This document shows positions 30,571 to 44,305 of a stretch of 64,000 nucleotides of DNA, in pieces (the first letter of the stretch is position 1; each line of letters begins with the position of its first letter). The stretch lies in assembly GCA_040954595.2 (NCBI GenBank), contig CM082580.2:13070242-13134241 (forward strand). Direction: 5' to 3'. A model generated the notes under the pieces. That model saw nothing but the letters and a program-made list of their open reading frames with translations, did no database searches and was not told where the DNA came from. The DNA is from Balanoglossus misakiensis. Lineage: Eukaryota; Animalia; Hemichordata. The translations under genes and the position numbers were made by a program.

Positions 30571-33500
30571 TTATTTATTCAAGGCGTTTATTTCAATGAG
30601 GTCCGCACAGACTGGCTGATAACCGCCATCATCGTGCCATTTGAACATACGCTGTAGGTATTTACAGAAAACATCCTTTGCACAGAAGCATACACGTCTA
30701 CGTTCATGTTCAGGTTCAACTTCGTCGTTTTCCTGCCTTTCCCGGTCCAATTTTGGTGGCATCGCTTTTTTCAACTTCTTCCAGAACACTTCTTTGTCGC
30801 GTTCAGTCCCGTGTCTCGGCCAAGGCAGGTACGAGATGGTCTCCAGAACCATGCGCAGACCAGGTTTGATTTCGACGTCACAGTTTGTAATGTCTTCAAA
30901 CATAATGGGGATGATCTTGTGTTCCAAGTTGACAACCTCGTGGTAGGCATGCGCAACTTCATAGGTACACCAGACACTCTGCGCAAACGCAGGTGATAAG
31001 ATGAGAATAGTGACACGACTCTTTTTAATAGCTTCGATAATATTATCAACGATGGCTACAGATAAAAAATAACAAAAAATAAATAGATGTTGATGACGAT
31101 GATGTTGACGATAAACGATGATGATGAAATAAGTGTTACCAAACTGCCTGGTACGTTGTGAGAGAATTCTATCTAGCTAACAACGTATTGTTTGGTATTA
31201 TTACCTTCTCCAGGGATGAAATCTCGGAGGTGGAGATTTAATTTATAGTTACACCTCTTTTCAAGATACGGAAACAACTCCTTGTACACGAAGTCTTCGT
31301 CGTCCGTGTCTCCTTTTACCGATATAAAAGCATCCCATTTCTTGTCAACTGTACAAGGAGAAGAAATGAGAGGAACAGAGAGGGAGAGATAGATAGAAAG
31401 GGAGAGGGGTGGGGAGAGATCCGAAGTAACCGTCAGTGCATATGATTTAAAGTTCAACTTAAACGCGTTTTAGTAATTTTGCTGGCAACAACAAAGTAAT
31501 CGTCAGTACATATTCTATAGCAGTATTATAGTGAAATTAACCAATACTGATGTGATTTAGTCGATTAAATCCACGCTGACACACACTCTCGTCTTAGATC
31601 TAATCCTGAAGAGACCCCTTGTCCTACCGTCAGTGTTGGCCTCGCCCATCAAATGCGGCACAGTTATTCGTCGTCGTCTCCAGCGATGACACCACACGGC
31701 AACGGCGGACGCGGTGGCGACGGAGACAGTTACGCTAACTACGACGATCGCCACCAACGGCACGCCATTCACCCTTTGTAGCTGAACGCCCGCAACATCC
31801 ACGTAGAACTCGCAGGTGGAGGCGTTGCCTTGGAGATCTCTGGCCGTGTAGATCACTTGATGTAAACCGATGTCAAATAGCTGTTCAGGTCGGTAGTTCG
31901 CCGTGAGATTAACGGAGCCAGAATTGTCGGTTGCTTGGGGTTGTATCCAGGACACGGGTACGCGTTTGTCCTTCTCTCTCGCAGCCGCAGTTATGTTATT
32001 CGGACACAAAGAAAACACTGGGGCCTCCGTGTCTGTGTTACACATAAATAGACCGGGTTACTTGCAAACAGCAAAATGTACATAAAGAGAGCGCCCGCAC
32101 CGGAGACATCGTGGAAATTTTCAAATAAATTGTACTTGAATTTGACACAATCCACGCTTATCGCCGGTGTAGAATCAGTTATGCAAAAATAGCAGGTATA
32201 AATGTATATGCATGCCTCTTACCTATGTCACAATATCTTCCATCCCAGCCTTCGTTACAAAGACAACCCAGCCATCGATCACAGCCGTTTGAATTACCAC
32301 CTTGGCAATTGCAGGAGTTGTTGCAGAATTCTCCCCAAAAGTTGGTCTTACAACCTGGAGATAACGAGGTCCATTTTACTCTCTCTACATACATGTAGGC
32401 TTCATGATTGCACTAGAACGTCACACACATTTCAGTAAACTCAATGGTCATGTATGTCTAGACATCTTTTAAAAATTACCACGACAATGCATTGTGGGAT
32501 AGGCAGAAATTGTACGTTCAAAGGTTTCCACGGCATCATGATGCACGCTTCCGACATTCCGAAAATGACGTCACACTCCTCTAGTGAGCTGTTATCTGCG
32601 ATTTCATGCGTAACTCATGACTGTTAAAAATAAATACAGGGTTCTAGTACCAGTCACCGTGATTGTTGCTGTTGTAGAAAAGATCTCCCCATTTTTCAAT
32701 TGAAAACGGCATTCGTAGTTACCAGAGTCGCCATTATTCACTCCTACAATCTGTAACTGCAGAGTGTTCCTATACGTGCAATGGAAGATAGGAATAGCAG
32801 TGATGACAGGGACAGAGAGCGAGAAAACAATCTTTGTTGTCGTTCGAAATAATTTTAGCTAGTATAGTTTCTTTCTGGGATAATATTAATAGCCAAGTCG
32901 CCGAGACCAGACTTTTGAGGCATATTGCACGTGTGTGCGTCACTCGATATGGCGACAAATATAGCCGGGAATTACGTAATGCAAACAACAACTAATTATA
33001 ATATGATGGAAATTTAGTTTGGCACAATATTAGGGGTAGTTACCTTACTAATGCAATAATTTTTCGGAATTCTTCCAAATTTCCATTATGTGGCGGGATG
33101 ACGTCACCGTTTTGAATCCAATGAGCGCCGCCATAACGAGTGAATGCTGACAAAGGCACGTTTCGGATAAAACATGTAAACTGAAAGAAACTGCCATATA
33201 TCACGTTGCCCTCTGGAGGCAGAATTTCAACGTACGGAATCCCTATTGACAAGAGAATACCAGAAAAAAAATGACCCGAATGGAGAGCTGATATATCGAC
33301 CCAAACCTTACTACTTCATTTTCTCCTGTAAAGGAATCCGTCGAAAACAGGATCCTCTTTACCGAGACCGTGCCGTCTAATACATGTACTTGAAGCAGGG
33401 TTCTACCAGAACAGAAATGATGGCGCTCATTTTCGGAATGCCGTCGGTGCGATTAGGATCTTTGCAGCGGAAGGGACCCAGGAGGAGAAATACCCATGAG

Positions 33501-36500
33501 GAAAAGTTTTTCCAGCAACGAAATTAGCTCGCATGTCGTGGCATCATTAGTCCGCACCGAAAAAATATGAATACTTACCAGTTACGTTGAGATTTGTCTC
33601 GGCAGACAAAACATTGCCATTTTCCAAGTCAACTCTACACTGGTAGGTTCCCGCATCACGATCTCGTGTGTTGGTAATATTCAAGAATAGACCGTTCCTG
33701 GAAAAGATGTAAACACTCTTCACATCACATAGAATTGCCCCTAATGGGAGCACATGTATTTGATCTGAAAACAGACAGAATCCCATCAGCTTGAGGACGC
33801 CGTTGATGAGCGAGGACGAACCACAGTTCAGGCCTCTACTTGAAGTAAACGATTTATTTTCAGCGAAAATAAGTGCATATGACTTGATAGACTTACCTTT
33901 CTTCATAAATCTGTAATCGATCGATGCCTGGCGATTTCGGAATGACGTCACCATTATGAATCAACGTTGTATTTACAATCGACGACAACTTCACGTTGTG
34001 GAATATGCATCTGAGTTGAAATTCTTGATCGTAAACCGATTCGGCGTCGATGGGGTCAAAAACTATGCTTTGATATGCTGAGAATCGCAGAAGAGCGCAA
34101 AAAAAGTTATTTTGTAGAACAGCAAGAATAAATGTTTCATAATTTCATGGATTAGGCCTATGCATGAGAGTCTAATCAACGGAATCTAGAGACCGTAAAG
34201 GAGTCTGAAATGATAGTTACAATGGATGTAATCACATGATTCAAACGATGAATTGTCAATTTGTGTTCCAGTAAAGCGTTTTTAATAAAAGGAAGAAGCG
34301 TTACTCTCCATAATGCTTCATTCGTGGGCATAATGTCAACACAGACGATACTTATAAATGATTGAATTTACCTACGTCGCAGGCAACTCCCCGCCAACCA
34401 GGCATACATTTACACGCTCCGTTCATGACGTGACAGGTGGCTCCATTCCGACACATACAGTCATATTCGCACAAGGGACCGTATTTACCAACAGGACACC
34501 CTAAGTTGTGAAATAAGAGTGCAGTCGAAGAGATTCCGGGCATCAATTTTGCCACTATGGACATTGGAGTATTTTTTATAATGTGACAGAGTTGTGAAAT
34601 GGCAAAGCACCGAAATCATCATAAATTCGGGTATAACAAAACGAGATTTTCTCGAGACTTGGCACAATTGAATTGAAACGCTGTATTAACTGCATATATA
34701 ATATTTTCAGATGGTCTTACCGAGTATTTCCACACGTGCACTTAACGCTGCAGTGTAAAACGCATATCGAAGCTTCCTTGTATCTTTGAAGTTACAGTGC
34801 CACGTTTTTCCAGCCACGTCCAGCTGCAGAATGAAACTAAATACACCCAGTTTCCAATGACCTTGTAAATATTTGAGAGGAACCAAGCTATTTGGAGGAT
34901 ATTCTTCCTTCCTCTGTTGAAAAGAACAAAATCTACTGATTGTAAAATCATCGCTATGTGACAATATTAGGAGTGTCTTCCACGCAACATTCATGTTCAA
35001 ATTTACCCCCTTCTCCCGCGCGTGCGCACACATAGTTACGTATTTTATCTCTGCCTCCGTCCATTATTTCTGTCTTGTAAGACAAGTAATTTTTGTATAT
35101 GGTCATTAAAAAAATGTATGATAAAAAGATCTGTAGTACAGAACTGAATGGAATCATAACAGGCTTTTATCATAGTGCCGCATTTCGAAATGTACCGGCG
35201 CTGTGTGGTATTGTTGACCTACCTCGAATAATGTAAAATTATGCGGACGATCGAAAAGCTGATGTCCTTCATCGTCAAGGCAACCAACATTCATGTCGTT
35301 GATGTCTTCGTCAGTAAAAACGCGTGGAATCGGCGCATATAGTGTTAATCTACCTGATTTGATAGAAATGCAAATCTCATGAAATTACATTAAGCAGCCG
35401 TGATATTGCAGACGCTCATTTTCCGATGTCACGTGACCTATTCAACGCTCACACACTTGTCATCAACTTGGTATTTCGTATTCTGATTTCCATGCGTGTA
35501 GTTAAGCCCTAGTCTAGATTTCACCACATTAATACTTACATTCGCTATTGTTGATGTCCACGTTAATTCGGCGATCTTGGAAAAATGCTCGAGGGGGTAA
35601 CAAGTTTTCTACTGGGGTTTCCGTACCTCCCATGTCCAGCCACAAACGTAAGGGGGCGGGCTGCAACAGGTAAAGGGAAGTAACTGCATTATTTTAAAAT
35701 TCTAAACTTAACATCAGGCTGCATTAGGTTCACCGATAAACTCATGTACATTCGCTTAGTGCAAACATTTTTAGTGAATTTTATTTGAAACTGTATCCAA
35801 GGAGAATAGAAACTTACATAATCACTTGGTTCACGAGTTTTCTTCATTTCGCATGATTCATTATAGATTGGAGGCCATCCAATGATATCTTCGATAAAAA
35901 TTATCATTGTAATGTTTTCTTTCTCTTCTTCCTGATAACAACGGTAAAGTGAAAACAATTTAGTGTTTCAAGCAATAAGTAAGTCACAACCCGCAAATTT
36001 CAACAACCACCACCACCACTAATCTTTTGACCTGATTAAAGAGGTGTAGAGATTGTAAATGCTCCAGAAAAAGACCGAGTACATCTCTACATCTTATTTC
36101 AATCCGCTTGTATTGACCTGTACTGTGTAGCGTAATTCCCCTCCAACGTTAAAGTGCAAGTTTCCACGGCAACAAGAAACGTTAATAGATATGCCTACCT
36201 CAGTCAGGTTCAACAGTAGTTCATAACGACTGGTTACTCCATAATCCAAATAATGCAGTACTGACAGCGTCTCCTCCTTGATTTCAAAACGGTTTTCCTG
36301 CGATTACCAAAAACTGACGAAGTCACACGCAACACGCCATAGCAACTTCAATGAAGCATGTAACATAGGTATGAATGATTATCATAGCAAAATCACCAAG
36401 CCCTCTAATGCAAAGCGTTAATAAGTTATGGCTGTAGGATATCAACAGACTATGGAATACGACATTCACAAACGACGATTGTTTCTTGGGTTGTTTGTCA

Positions 36501-37875
36501 TGTGAGTCATTTTTGAGAGAACCGGTTGACAGTTTAGGCTTACCTGATTTCCATCGATAATTTCCGCGCTACTTCCTGGTCTGAATGAATAGACTTCGTA
36601 TCCGATAGGCACGTTCTTGTGGAACAAATCACACTGACAGTGTCTTTACGCAATTATGCACATTTCAAATACTTGAAAAGACGGGCAACTTGTCAAAAGT
36701 TGTTGACCCACGCTGAAAACGGTCTAGACCATTACACTATACTCACCTCCGGTACTACGACTTCAAAATCTAAAGACTCCGTCCCGTTTCGAGTCATCGG
36801 ATTAGCCCAGGCTAAAACAGAAAGGAAAGAATCGATCATTTGTTTTTCCTACTCTTACCAAGGCTTACAGTGACAATACAACCAGGTATAGCATTAAACA
36901 CGGTAACAGCTGCTCAGTTTCCAGAAGAGGCCGTGGTAAAGCTCGCGAGAAAAAGCAATGCTTGATTTGATGTATTTTCAAGTTGGCCAAGGCGGTTTAA
37001 TTATCCTTTTAGCGTATTGGTGCATTGATGAAAATATTATAACTGGGTTAAAAAATAAAAAAATAAAAAAAATTACGGAAGAAGGGACACCATTTTGCCG
37101 TTTGATAACACAAATTTACGGAACTGAAACTTTACCACTGGTAGTTAATGTTGTAGAATATTGAGAATTGTCTCCATACCCCAGACATCTAGATTAATGA
37201 TTGACATGTTTCAAACTGATCTGAATCGTGCACGGTATTTTATTTCCGCATGCATGTAACGCCAATCATCATTGTCAGAGTAGATATTTTTTAGCATGGA
37301 CACATTTCTGAAATGTTGAACATTGTGAAGAGAAGGCCTACAGCCTGAGGAAAGGGAAAAGAAACCTAAAGCCCAGCATAGTGTACGATCACTTTTTGCT
37401 ATTGCTTAAGTGCAATAAAATGCAGTGAATATATGTCTTCGAGGTTAAGATCACTAGGCATGTGTACAAGCATTTGTATCAGGAAACGCTTAATAGATGT
37501 ACGTATTTTCAGATACCATCAATGTCTCTTTACTTACGCATGTAGATTTTGAACTGAGCGTTCTATTAGTTTTGCATTATGCAAAATCAAACTTTCTCAC
37601 TAAATTGCTTAAGTGCAATAAAATGCAGTGAATATATGTCTTCGAGGTTAAGATCACTAGGCATGTGTACAAGCATTTGTATCAGGAAACGCTTAATAGA
37701 TGTACGTATTTTCAGATACCATCAATGTCTCTTTACTTACGCATGTAGATTTTGAACTGAGCGTTCTATTAGTTTTGCATTATGCAAAATCAAACTTTCT
37801 CACTAAATTGACGCAATACTTACCGAGATGGTCGAAGATCAGCAAGGTAAAAAACGCAGCGGTCAATGTCGGCAT
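30571..37875 (-). CDS. Type I transmembrane TIR-domain receptor: signal - cadherin-like - (Ig-like) - EGF - Ig - Ig - EGF - HYR - TM - TIR
   Basis: In-frame GT-AG exons. Signal MPTLTAAFFTLLIFDHLAWA; cadherin-like VPENVPIGYEV...IIDGNQENRFEI...LDYGVTSRYELLL...IEDIIGWPPIY; EGF GCPVGKYGPLCEYDCMCRNGATCHVMNGACKCMPGWRGVACD; Ig domains with DAGTYQC and DSGNYEC; EGF CKTNFWGEFC...GWDGRYCD; HYR DTEAPVF..CP...VSW..PQATDNSG...F.IG.H.V.YTA.D..GN..TC.F.V; TM VAIVVVSVTVSVATASAVAVW then RRRR; TIR WDAFIS...LHLRDFIPG...IIEAIKKSR...LSPAFAQSVWCTYE...YLPWP...FWKKL. Confidence 0.9.
37401..37810. repeat. Exact 203-bp tandem duplication in intron 1 of the TIR receptor gene
   Basis: 37401-37603 is repeated at 37604-37806, with ATTG microhomology at the junctions. 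Confidence 0.92.
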
Positions 37876-40800
37876 TGTGATGAGTGTATAGTAACCGATG
37901 ACAGATACTTCGACTCAACTGCGCATGTGTGGACATATTAAAGTGAGGAAATCGTGATGGTCACCACCACCGTTTAATATCTCAAACACTTCCCTATACT
38001 TAATTTTCTTGACCCAAATATTAATTTTCATGGTTTACACAGTTTAACGTGCGCCTTTCGTGTACCACGAACTCATCCATCCGTAGACACAATCAACCAT
38101 GATAATTTTAATTATCTATTTCCGTTTTTTTCACACCTTCCTCTGAACACCTCTAACGAGTTAGCTTCTTTTTGATATCACTGTGTCCTAATGATAAAGT
38201 AAATGCGCCCTCTTGTGATGGAAAGAAAAATGCAAACAGAAAAGGTGTGATTTCGCAATCGACTTTATCATTGTTTCTTATAAAAAGGCCATATCAATCA
38301 CCGATCTTTATAAATAATTGGAACGACCTTGACTTCCCAAATGACTTGGGATGGGTACTGATACGACGTTTTACTTATGGAAATTAATATACATGTAAGT
38401 TCAGCTGGTTAAAATATACATATTGAATATGTGATAGACTGTGCCAGTCTAGTCTTTGTCAGTCTCCAGTGTTGTTCATAATGTAAGTATAATATAAGCG
38501 TTTGAATCAAAACGGTCACCAGCCATTCTCGCGAGCCAGCGTGTTTTGTTGTCGTAAAAAGGTCGTGGTTTACGACGATTGTCGCCAGCATCCCTCCCTC
38601 CTCTGTTTTCAACCATGCGCAGCTTAGTCATATTATCAACTCGACCTATATAATGTAAGATTTTTTGTACGTGTAAAAATGACATGACACCAGCCACTTG
38701 TGTCTGTACTCAGTCTCAAATAGCTATCATCCGAGGATTAGGGGTGTAACGGGGGCTCGACATTCTTGTCAACATTCGCACGTGAGTGATACACACACTC
38801 GCCTGTACACGTACTGGTTGCACCGACTAAGTGTGTTGCACCTCACAAGTAGTGCTAAGTACACCGTTTATACCAAAACACAATTAAATAAATTAGAAAA
38901 AGTCAAGGAATGATGCAAAAACTACTGATACAGTATTTCGACAGATTTAAACATGAAATATCAAAAATAACACGTCCGTGTTGACTTTGTTTATCTGGGA
39001 GAATAAATATGATTTTACCACGTGCTTGAAATCTACTGAGAGATTCAAAGTACTTAAACCTCAAACAACTAGTACTCACACCGAACTTTTTGCTTATACT
39101 GAGATTTATATATGCGAAGGACGAAATGTTAGAATCAATATTCACAGATGATTCAGTTTCAGGTTGCAGTCAAACACTGAACATATCTTTTGTATCATAT
39201 TCGAATAGAGAATATCGTCGAAAATGGTATGTCAACTCTCTCGGTCGATTGGCCATGGTTAAACTGCACACGGAGCCGTCGATGGGAATCAGATGTTTGT
39301 CATCGGTGCGACAGAAGTGACAAAAGTTCACAAAGAGGTCAAGGGATTCGCCAGATAGGTCACTGCGATGCGATCAGGTGATCAAAGTGATTGACAGCTT
39401 CTGTCAAAGCATTCCTATTTCTATCATATTTACGTGAGTGATTGATCGAAGAAAACCTGTACTGATATGAATGACTTTTATACAGAAATAGCCACTCGGT
39501 AAAATAACCATAGAGTATACTGAGGAAAAGACATAAATTCCAAAGATTATCAGTTTGTCAAAGATATACGTGACCAATGCATGAGACCTATTTGTAAATC
39601 GTGTACTTGAGTAAAATTCAAGATTGGTAAAATTCGAGATGTTCTACTAAGAGTAGGTAAAGGCACGCGTGACTACAAGATCAGTGATTTCTGGATACGG
39701 GAAAGTTCGCGTCAAAGAAACAATATTTTCTTTCGCCGGTAAGCTGATTTTAGAAGTCCCGCTATTTCGCGATGACAAACACATGGGTTTGTCGCGCTTC
39801 ATGAGAAACTATTTTAAGCGTTGGTGACTTTTTACCGACTGGCTACCCCGACTCTTGTCACTCGTACCGCGTCCGCGACAGATAACGACACACAGTTCAC
39901 TGTAAGTCGCAAGGCCCTTGACACGAGTGTCAACATGCACACATGAGACTCGGTGTTCGTCCTGTTTGAGAATCGATACAATTTTTGGCGCATGGTCAAC
40001 ACCTGATCGTGTATCCGAACGACAAGAACGGCAAGAAACCGCGGCATATTTGTACACAGTAAACAGTTGTAGTTGTGTACACAAAAACACAGAGTGCAAG
40101 GTATGACTTAGTGGCAAGTATCAAACACAGCAATGGATGTTGACGGTCAGTTCGCGTTTGGAAAGCTTACTGAAGCATACAATCACACTCTCCTTGGCCA
40201 TCGAGTGAAAAAAAAAACAGTCCCCTGAAACCAGAACAATTTTGTTAAAATAGCATCCGAAGTAGCAACAGCAGTTAATAAACAAAAACATCAATAGGGC
40301 GGAGACAACAAGAATAGGCCCAGATAAGATTGTCGTGAAGAGGAAAACTATGCGCAAAAAAATGAAACACATCCACGGGTTAACGGTAATTATTCTGGTA
40401 AATCATGGATTGTTGTATGCTTTAAAGAACATTCATTTTTGCCAATTCTGCCTGTTTGTCTGTACCTATACCTACCCACCTGTCTGCCAGTCTTCCTGTC
40501 TCGCCGTAACATCATCCCAAACATGCGCATACACTAGATGCATTTATTTCGAGGGTATCGTTGACGTGAGTCTTGGAAGTTCGAAATTCCGTGCAATGAT
40601 GCTCGACATCACCGCAAAAGTGTATATAGGCCTACTCCTGGGTTATCAGCCGACAAGTAGTATCTATCCAAACTCATGATCCTCTCACAACCACCGATCA
40701 AGAAATAAATAAACGTTCACTCGGTTGTAATGAATATAGAAAGCATGTCGGGGTGAGACTGATGAAGGGAGACGAATGTCTGTACAGAGGTCACGAGTGC

Positions 40801-41193
40801 GACTATGAATGAGAATTTTTAAAGCTGAATATTTTCCTGTGCGACAAACTGAGACATTGCTTGAAAGTTGTTAAATTTTAAGATCGCATTTTTCGGAAGA
40901 TGTCCCCACCCAGAAAAGGGTAACAAAAAGAAAACCAATTCATTTCTCTACTGCAAAATCTTACTTTTCTGCGTCCCTATCCTGAATAAAACAGTGACAG
41001 GAGTAAAATATGCTTGAGGCATTTTATAGATATAATTGCCGGACGTGATTGTCCAATCTGAGATTAAATCTTAAGTTGGTGTCACTACAAAAAAGGCTGT
41101 GATTAAAGTTGATAAGGAGAAACATGAAATATGTATCTATCGTACTTGTACCATTGTCTCACGTGGGTATAGTGTACACACTTTGCAGCCCAC

Positions 41194-41203
41194 TATATAT
41201 ATA
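41194..41203 (+). promoter_or_regulatory. TATA-like box of the FOXRED2-like gene
   Basis: TATATATATA about 30 nt upstream of a pyrimidine-rich initiator-like CCATTCAC and about 90 nt upstream of the ATG. Confidence 0.5.
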
Positions 41204-41288
41204 GCGTCGGTATAGTTGTCACGCCCCATTCACCTCTTTCACAGACGTCTGACAAGTCTAGTCGTGGAACTCTTCTCCCAAAGTTACT

Positions 41289-44200
41289 ATGGCTGACGCA
41301 AGTAAGTATGAATGGTGACTTTACTTAATCGTAGTTTCATAGAATTGCATGCGCCTCTGGCATTTGAAGAATTCATCCTCCAAGTTCTTCTACCTATTTT
41401 GCTTAATGCAAACTGTCTTTTTTCTCTTTCGACAGAAATATACGACTACATCATCGTGGGCGCCGGGCCCGCCGGTTGCCAAATGGGTTACTATATGGAA
41501 AAGGGGAAACAGAATTACGTCATTCTTGACAGTGCCAACCGCCCCGGCAGTTTCTTCAAAACCCATCCAAAGCATCGATTCCTTATTTCCATCAACAAGA
41601 GATTCAACCCGTTCCCAGAACACGAGTATAACATGCGTCACGACTGGAATTCCCTTCTCTGCGACGACCGCTCGCTGTTGTTTCGTAACTATTCGGACGA
41701 GCTCTTCCCACCGGCCGACGCCCTCGTTCGCTACATGAACGACTTCGCAAGCAGGTATGACCTGAACATCATGTACAACAGCAAGGTCCAGAACATTGAC
41801 AAGGGTACATGTCCCAAATCTGGAGGAACCCTGTACACGGTGAAGACCGAGAATGGACGCGTGTTGCGCGGTCGCGTGATGCTCATGGCAACTGGTGCGC
41901 GCGAGGAGCACCTGCCTAAAATCGAGGGACTAGAGCATTGTGACACGTACGCCAACCACGACATTGACCCCAAGAAATATGAAGGCAAAACCGTCGCCAT
42001 TATTGGTCGTGGGAACAGCGCCTTTGAGACCGCCAACCATATTGCTGGAGCTGCTTCGTTCATCATGTTCTTCGGTCAAGTTCAACTGAAGTTTGCCTGG
42101 GATACGCATTTTGTGGGTAAGGACACTTTTTTGCAATCGAGACAACATAGTGCATTTAAAACATCATTATTTTATGTTTTCCAAGATTAATTCGAGGGTC
42201 GTCTTTATAATCGATTCACCATGATGATTTTTTGTAACTCTCCCCACAGGTGATTTGCGTGCGATCAACAACAACATCTTAGACATGTACCAGTTGAAAT
42301 CACTCCATTCATACACCGGTATGGATGCCACGGCTGTTCGCAAGAACGACGAGGGAAAACTTCTCGTCGAGAACGTCGGCGCATGCGTTCATTGGTCACC
42401 ACCAGGCTGGCTGAAGATCACCTTTCCGTTTGATCACGTGATAGTCTGCACTGGATTTAAGTACATCGACCAGGAGATCTTCTCTAAAAACTGCTTGCCA
42501 GGTAAGTGATGTGTCGATGTTTTCTTCCCTGACTCCCAGGGGGCGCTGTTGGCTTTGCTCGATGTTCTCTACGTATGGGCGTTCAGACGTGAAACCATCT
42601 ACGTATAAAACATTACAAATAACTTTTATTCTACCGACAGAGACGAGAAAGGAAGGTAAATTCCCGGTGTTGAATAACAACTGGGAAGTGGTCAATGTGC
42701 CAGACATGTACTACATGGGAACCGCCATGCAATCCATCGACCGCAAAGCAGCCTCTGGTTTCATCCATGGATTCCGCTACAACGTCAGGACACTGTATCA
42801 CATGTTAGTGGATAAATACAACAGCATCCCTTACCCGAGGACCATGCTAGAAAGAGATGTCGACCCGTTGGGTGATATGATCATCGGTGAGTTCTTATAA
42901 ACATTCTTATATTATCGCAATGTCTATCTCTGTGTGAACAGCACGACTCGCGACTCTTGATACCCAGTGCGTCAGACACACAGATTGCATGATCTTCGTG
43001 CAATGATTGCTCAGCAGAATGTTTCATAGGAATATTTTTACAATGTTCAGAGTACGGGCAATATTTACACAAAATAAGCACATGGTCGGCACACTGGGAA
43101 AGTACTTTAAAAGCCGCATGGTCAACCTATGCAAATTTAGTCACAGTTAACATGGCACATGCGCATTAGACGATCGTCGTCCTTTAAAAACCTCGTCACG
43201 TGACCACCTGCTTTTATTTCAGAGAGAACCAGTCTTTCCGCAAGTCTCTATCAGATGAACACATTCCTTTGTGACGTAGCAGTGGTGCCGGAAGAGAAAG
43301 ATGGAAAGATCTGCTACTACGAAGACTTGCCGCTCAAACACGTCCTTGAAAATGAAGACTTCATGAAACAGAAGCATTTATTCGTCACCGTCCTTCAGTA
43401 CACTTTTGACAGGTATGCGCATGTATCCCTTAAAGGAGCAGGTACATTGCCAGGGGCATTTCTATAGATTGTATATCTCAGTAGACTCATGGAAGAACAC
43501 TGGGCCTGTCGTCTAGAACCAGACACTGTTTTCATGGCGACAGCACAAGAGTAAAGTCACTTTATATTGCTGAAAAGTCAATAGTTACAATAAACAATAA
43601 TAACAGAAATATTTAAGTTATACCTAATTTCCGTTTGCCATTTTGTCTCGACAGGTTTGGACGCTGGGGCGAACATGCAACCGACTTCATCCACATGCCC
43701 AAACTTGAAGATCAGGAGTGCCAGGCCTTCCTGCGACCAGTTGTCTATTACTACAGCGAAGGCAAGGAGGTCGACAGCCGTTCCTGCAACGAATCTCTCT
43801 TCCTTCGTTTCAACATCAAGAACTTCGTGGAAGACAACGAATTTAAGAATCACAACATTGTGAAGAACTTCATCAACAAATACGTAAGTTTGTTTGTTTG
43901 TTTGTTTGTTTTCAGTGAGTTCGAATAGAAATTGGTGGCACGCATGTTTTGTCTGGTTCCCTAACTCAATTCTGCCTCTGGTGGCGCTGTGCTAACGACA
44001 CAATAAGTTGGTAACCGTACATTCAAATAGTATTTACATATAGTAGCCAATTTATCAAGACTTACTCTTTCTTTTCTACAACGTTTTCTTTTCAGACCAA
44101 CATTTCCCCCGGCAAGACCTACAGCGAACACTGGCTGAAGGACATCAGAGACATGCCCAAACTGTACACAGAATTCACCCCAGAGGAAAAGGAGAGGATT

Positions 44201-44305
44201 CCCAAAGAAATGGGCATCATGACCAACTGCAAGGCCGCCACTTTGGTTCTCGATCAGCCGCCAATGCCGAAAGGACCCATCACCTTACAAGGCAGATACC
44301 TCTAA
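41289..44305 (+). CDS. FOXRED2-like FAD/NAD(P)H-dependent oxidoreductase, 7 exons, about 606 aa, predicted cytosolic
   Basis: Exons 41289-41301, 41436-42116, 42250-42501, 42641-42886, 43223-43412, 43655-43883 and 44096-44305 total 1821 nt, in frame. Motifs YDYIIVGAGPAG (FAD), PGSFF..P.HR.LISINK, RHDWNSLL, ATG, IIGRGNSAFE (NAD(P)H), THFVGDLRAINN.ILD.YQLKSL and SGFIHGFRY are characteristic of the FOXRED2 family. Confidence 0.92.

Noticed and set aside
30780-31350. TIR domain as an NADase because of the WCxxE glutamate
   Set aside because: This Glu is also present in non-enzymatic TLR/IL-1R TIRs, and the overall motif set is of the scaffold type. The sequence alone gives no support for enzymatic activity.
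38000-41150. Short ORFs between the divergently transcribed TIR receptor and FOXRED2-like genes, and at 1-1600 and 2000-4400
   Set aside because: No splice-consistent model or recognisable motifs; treated as intergenic or intronic.
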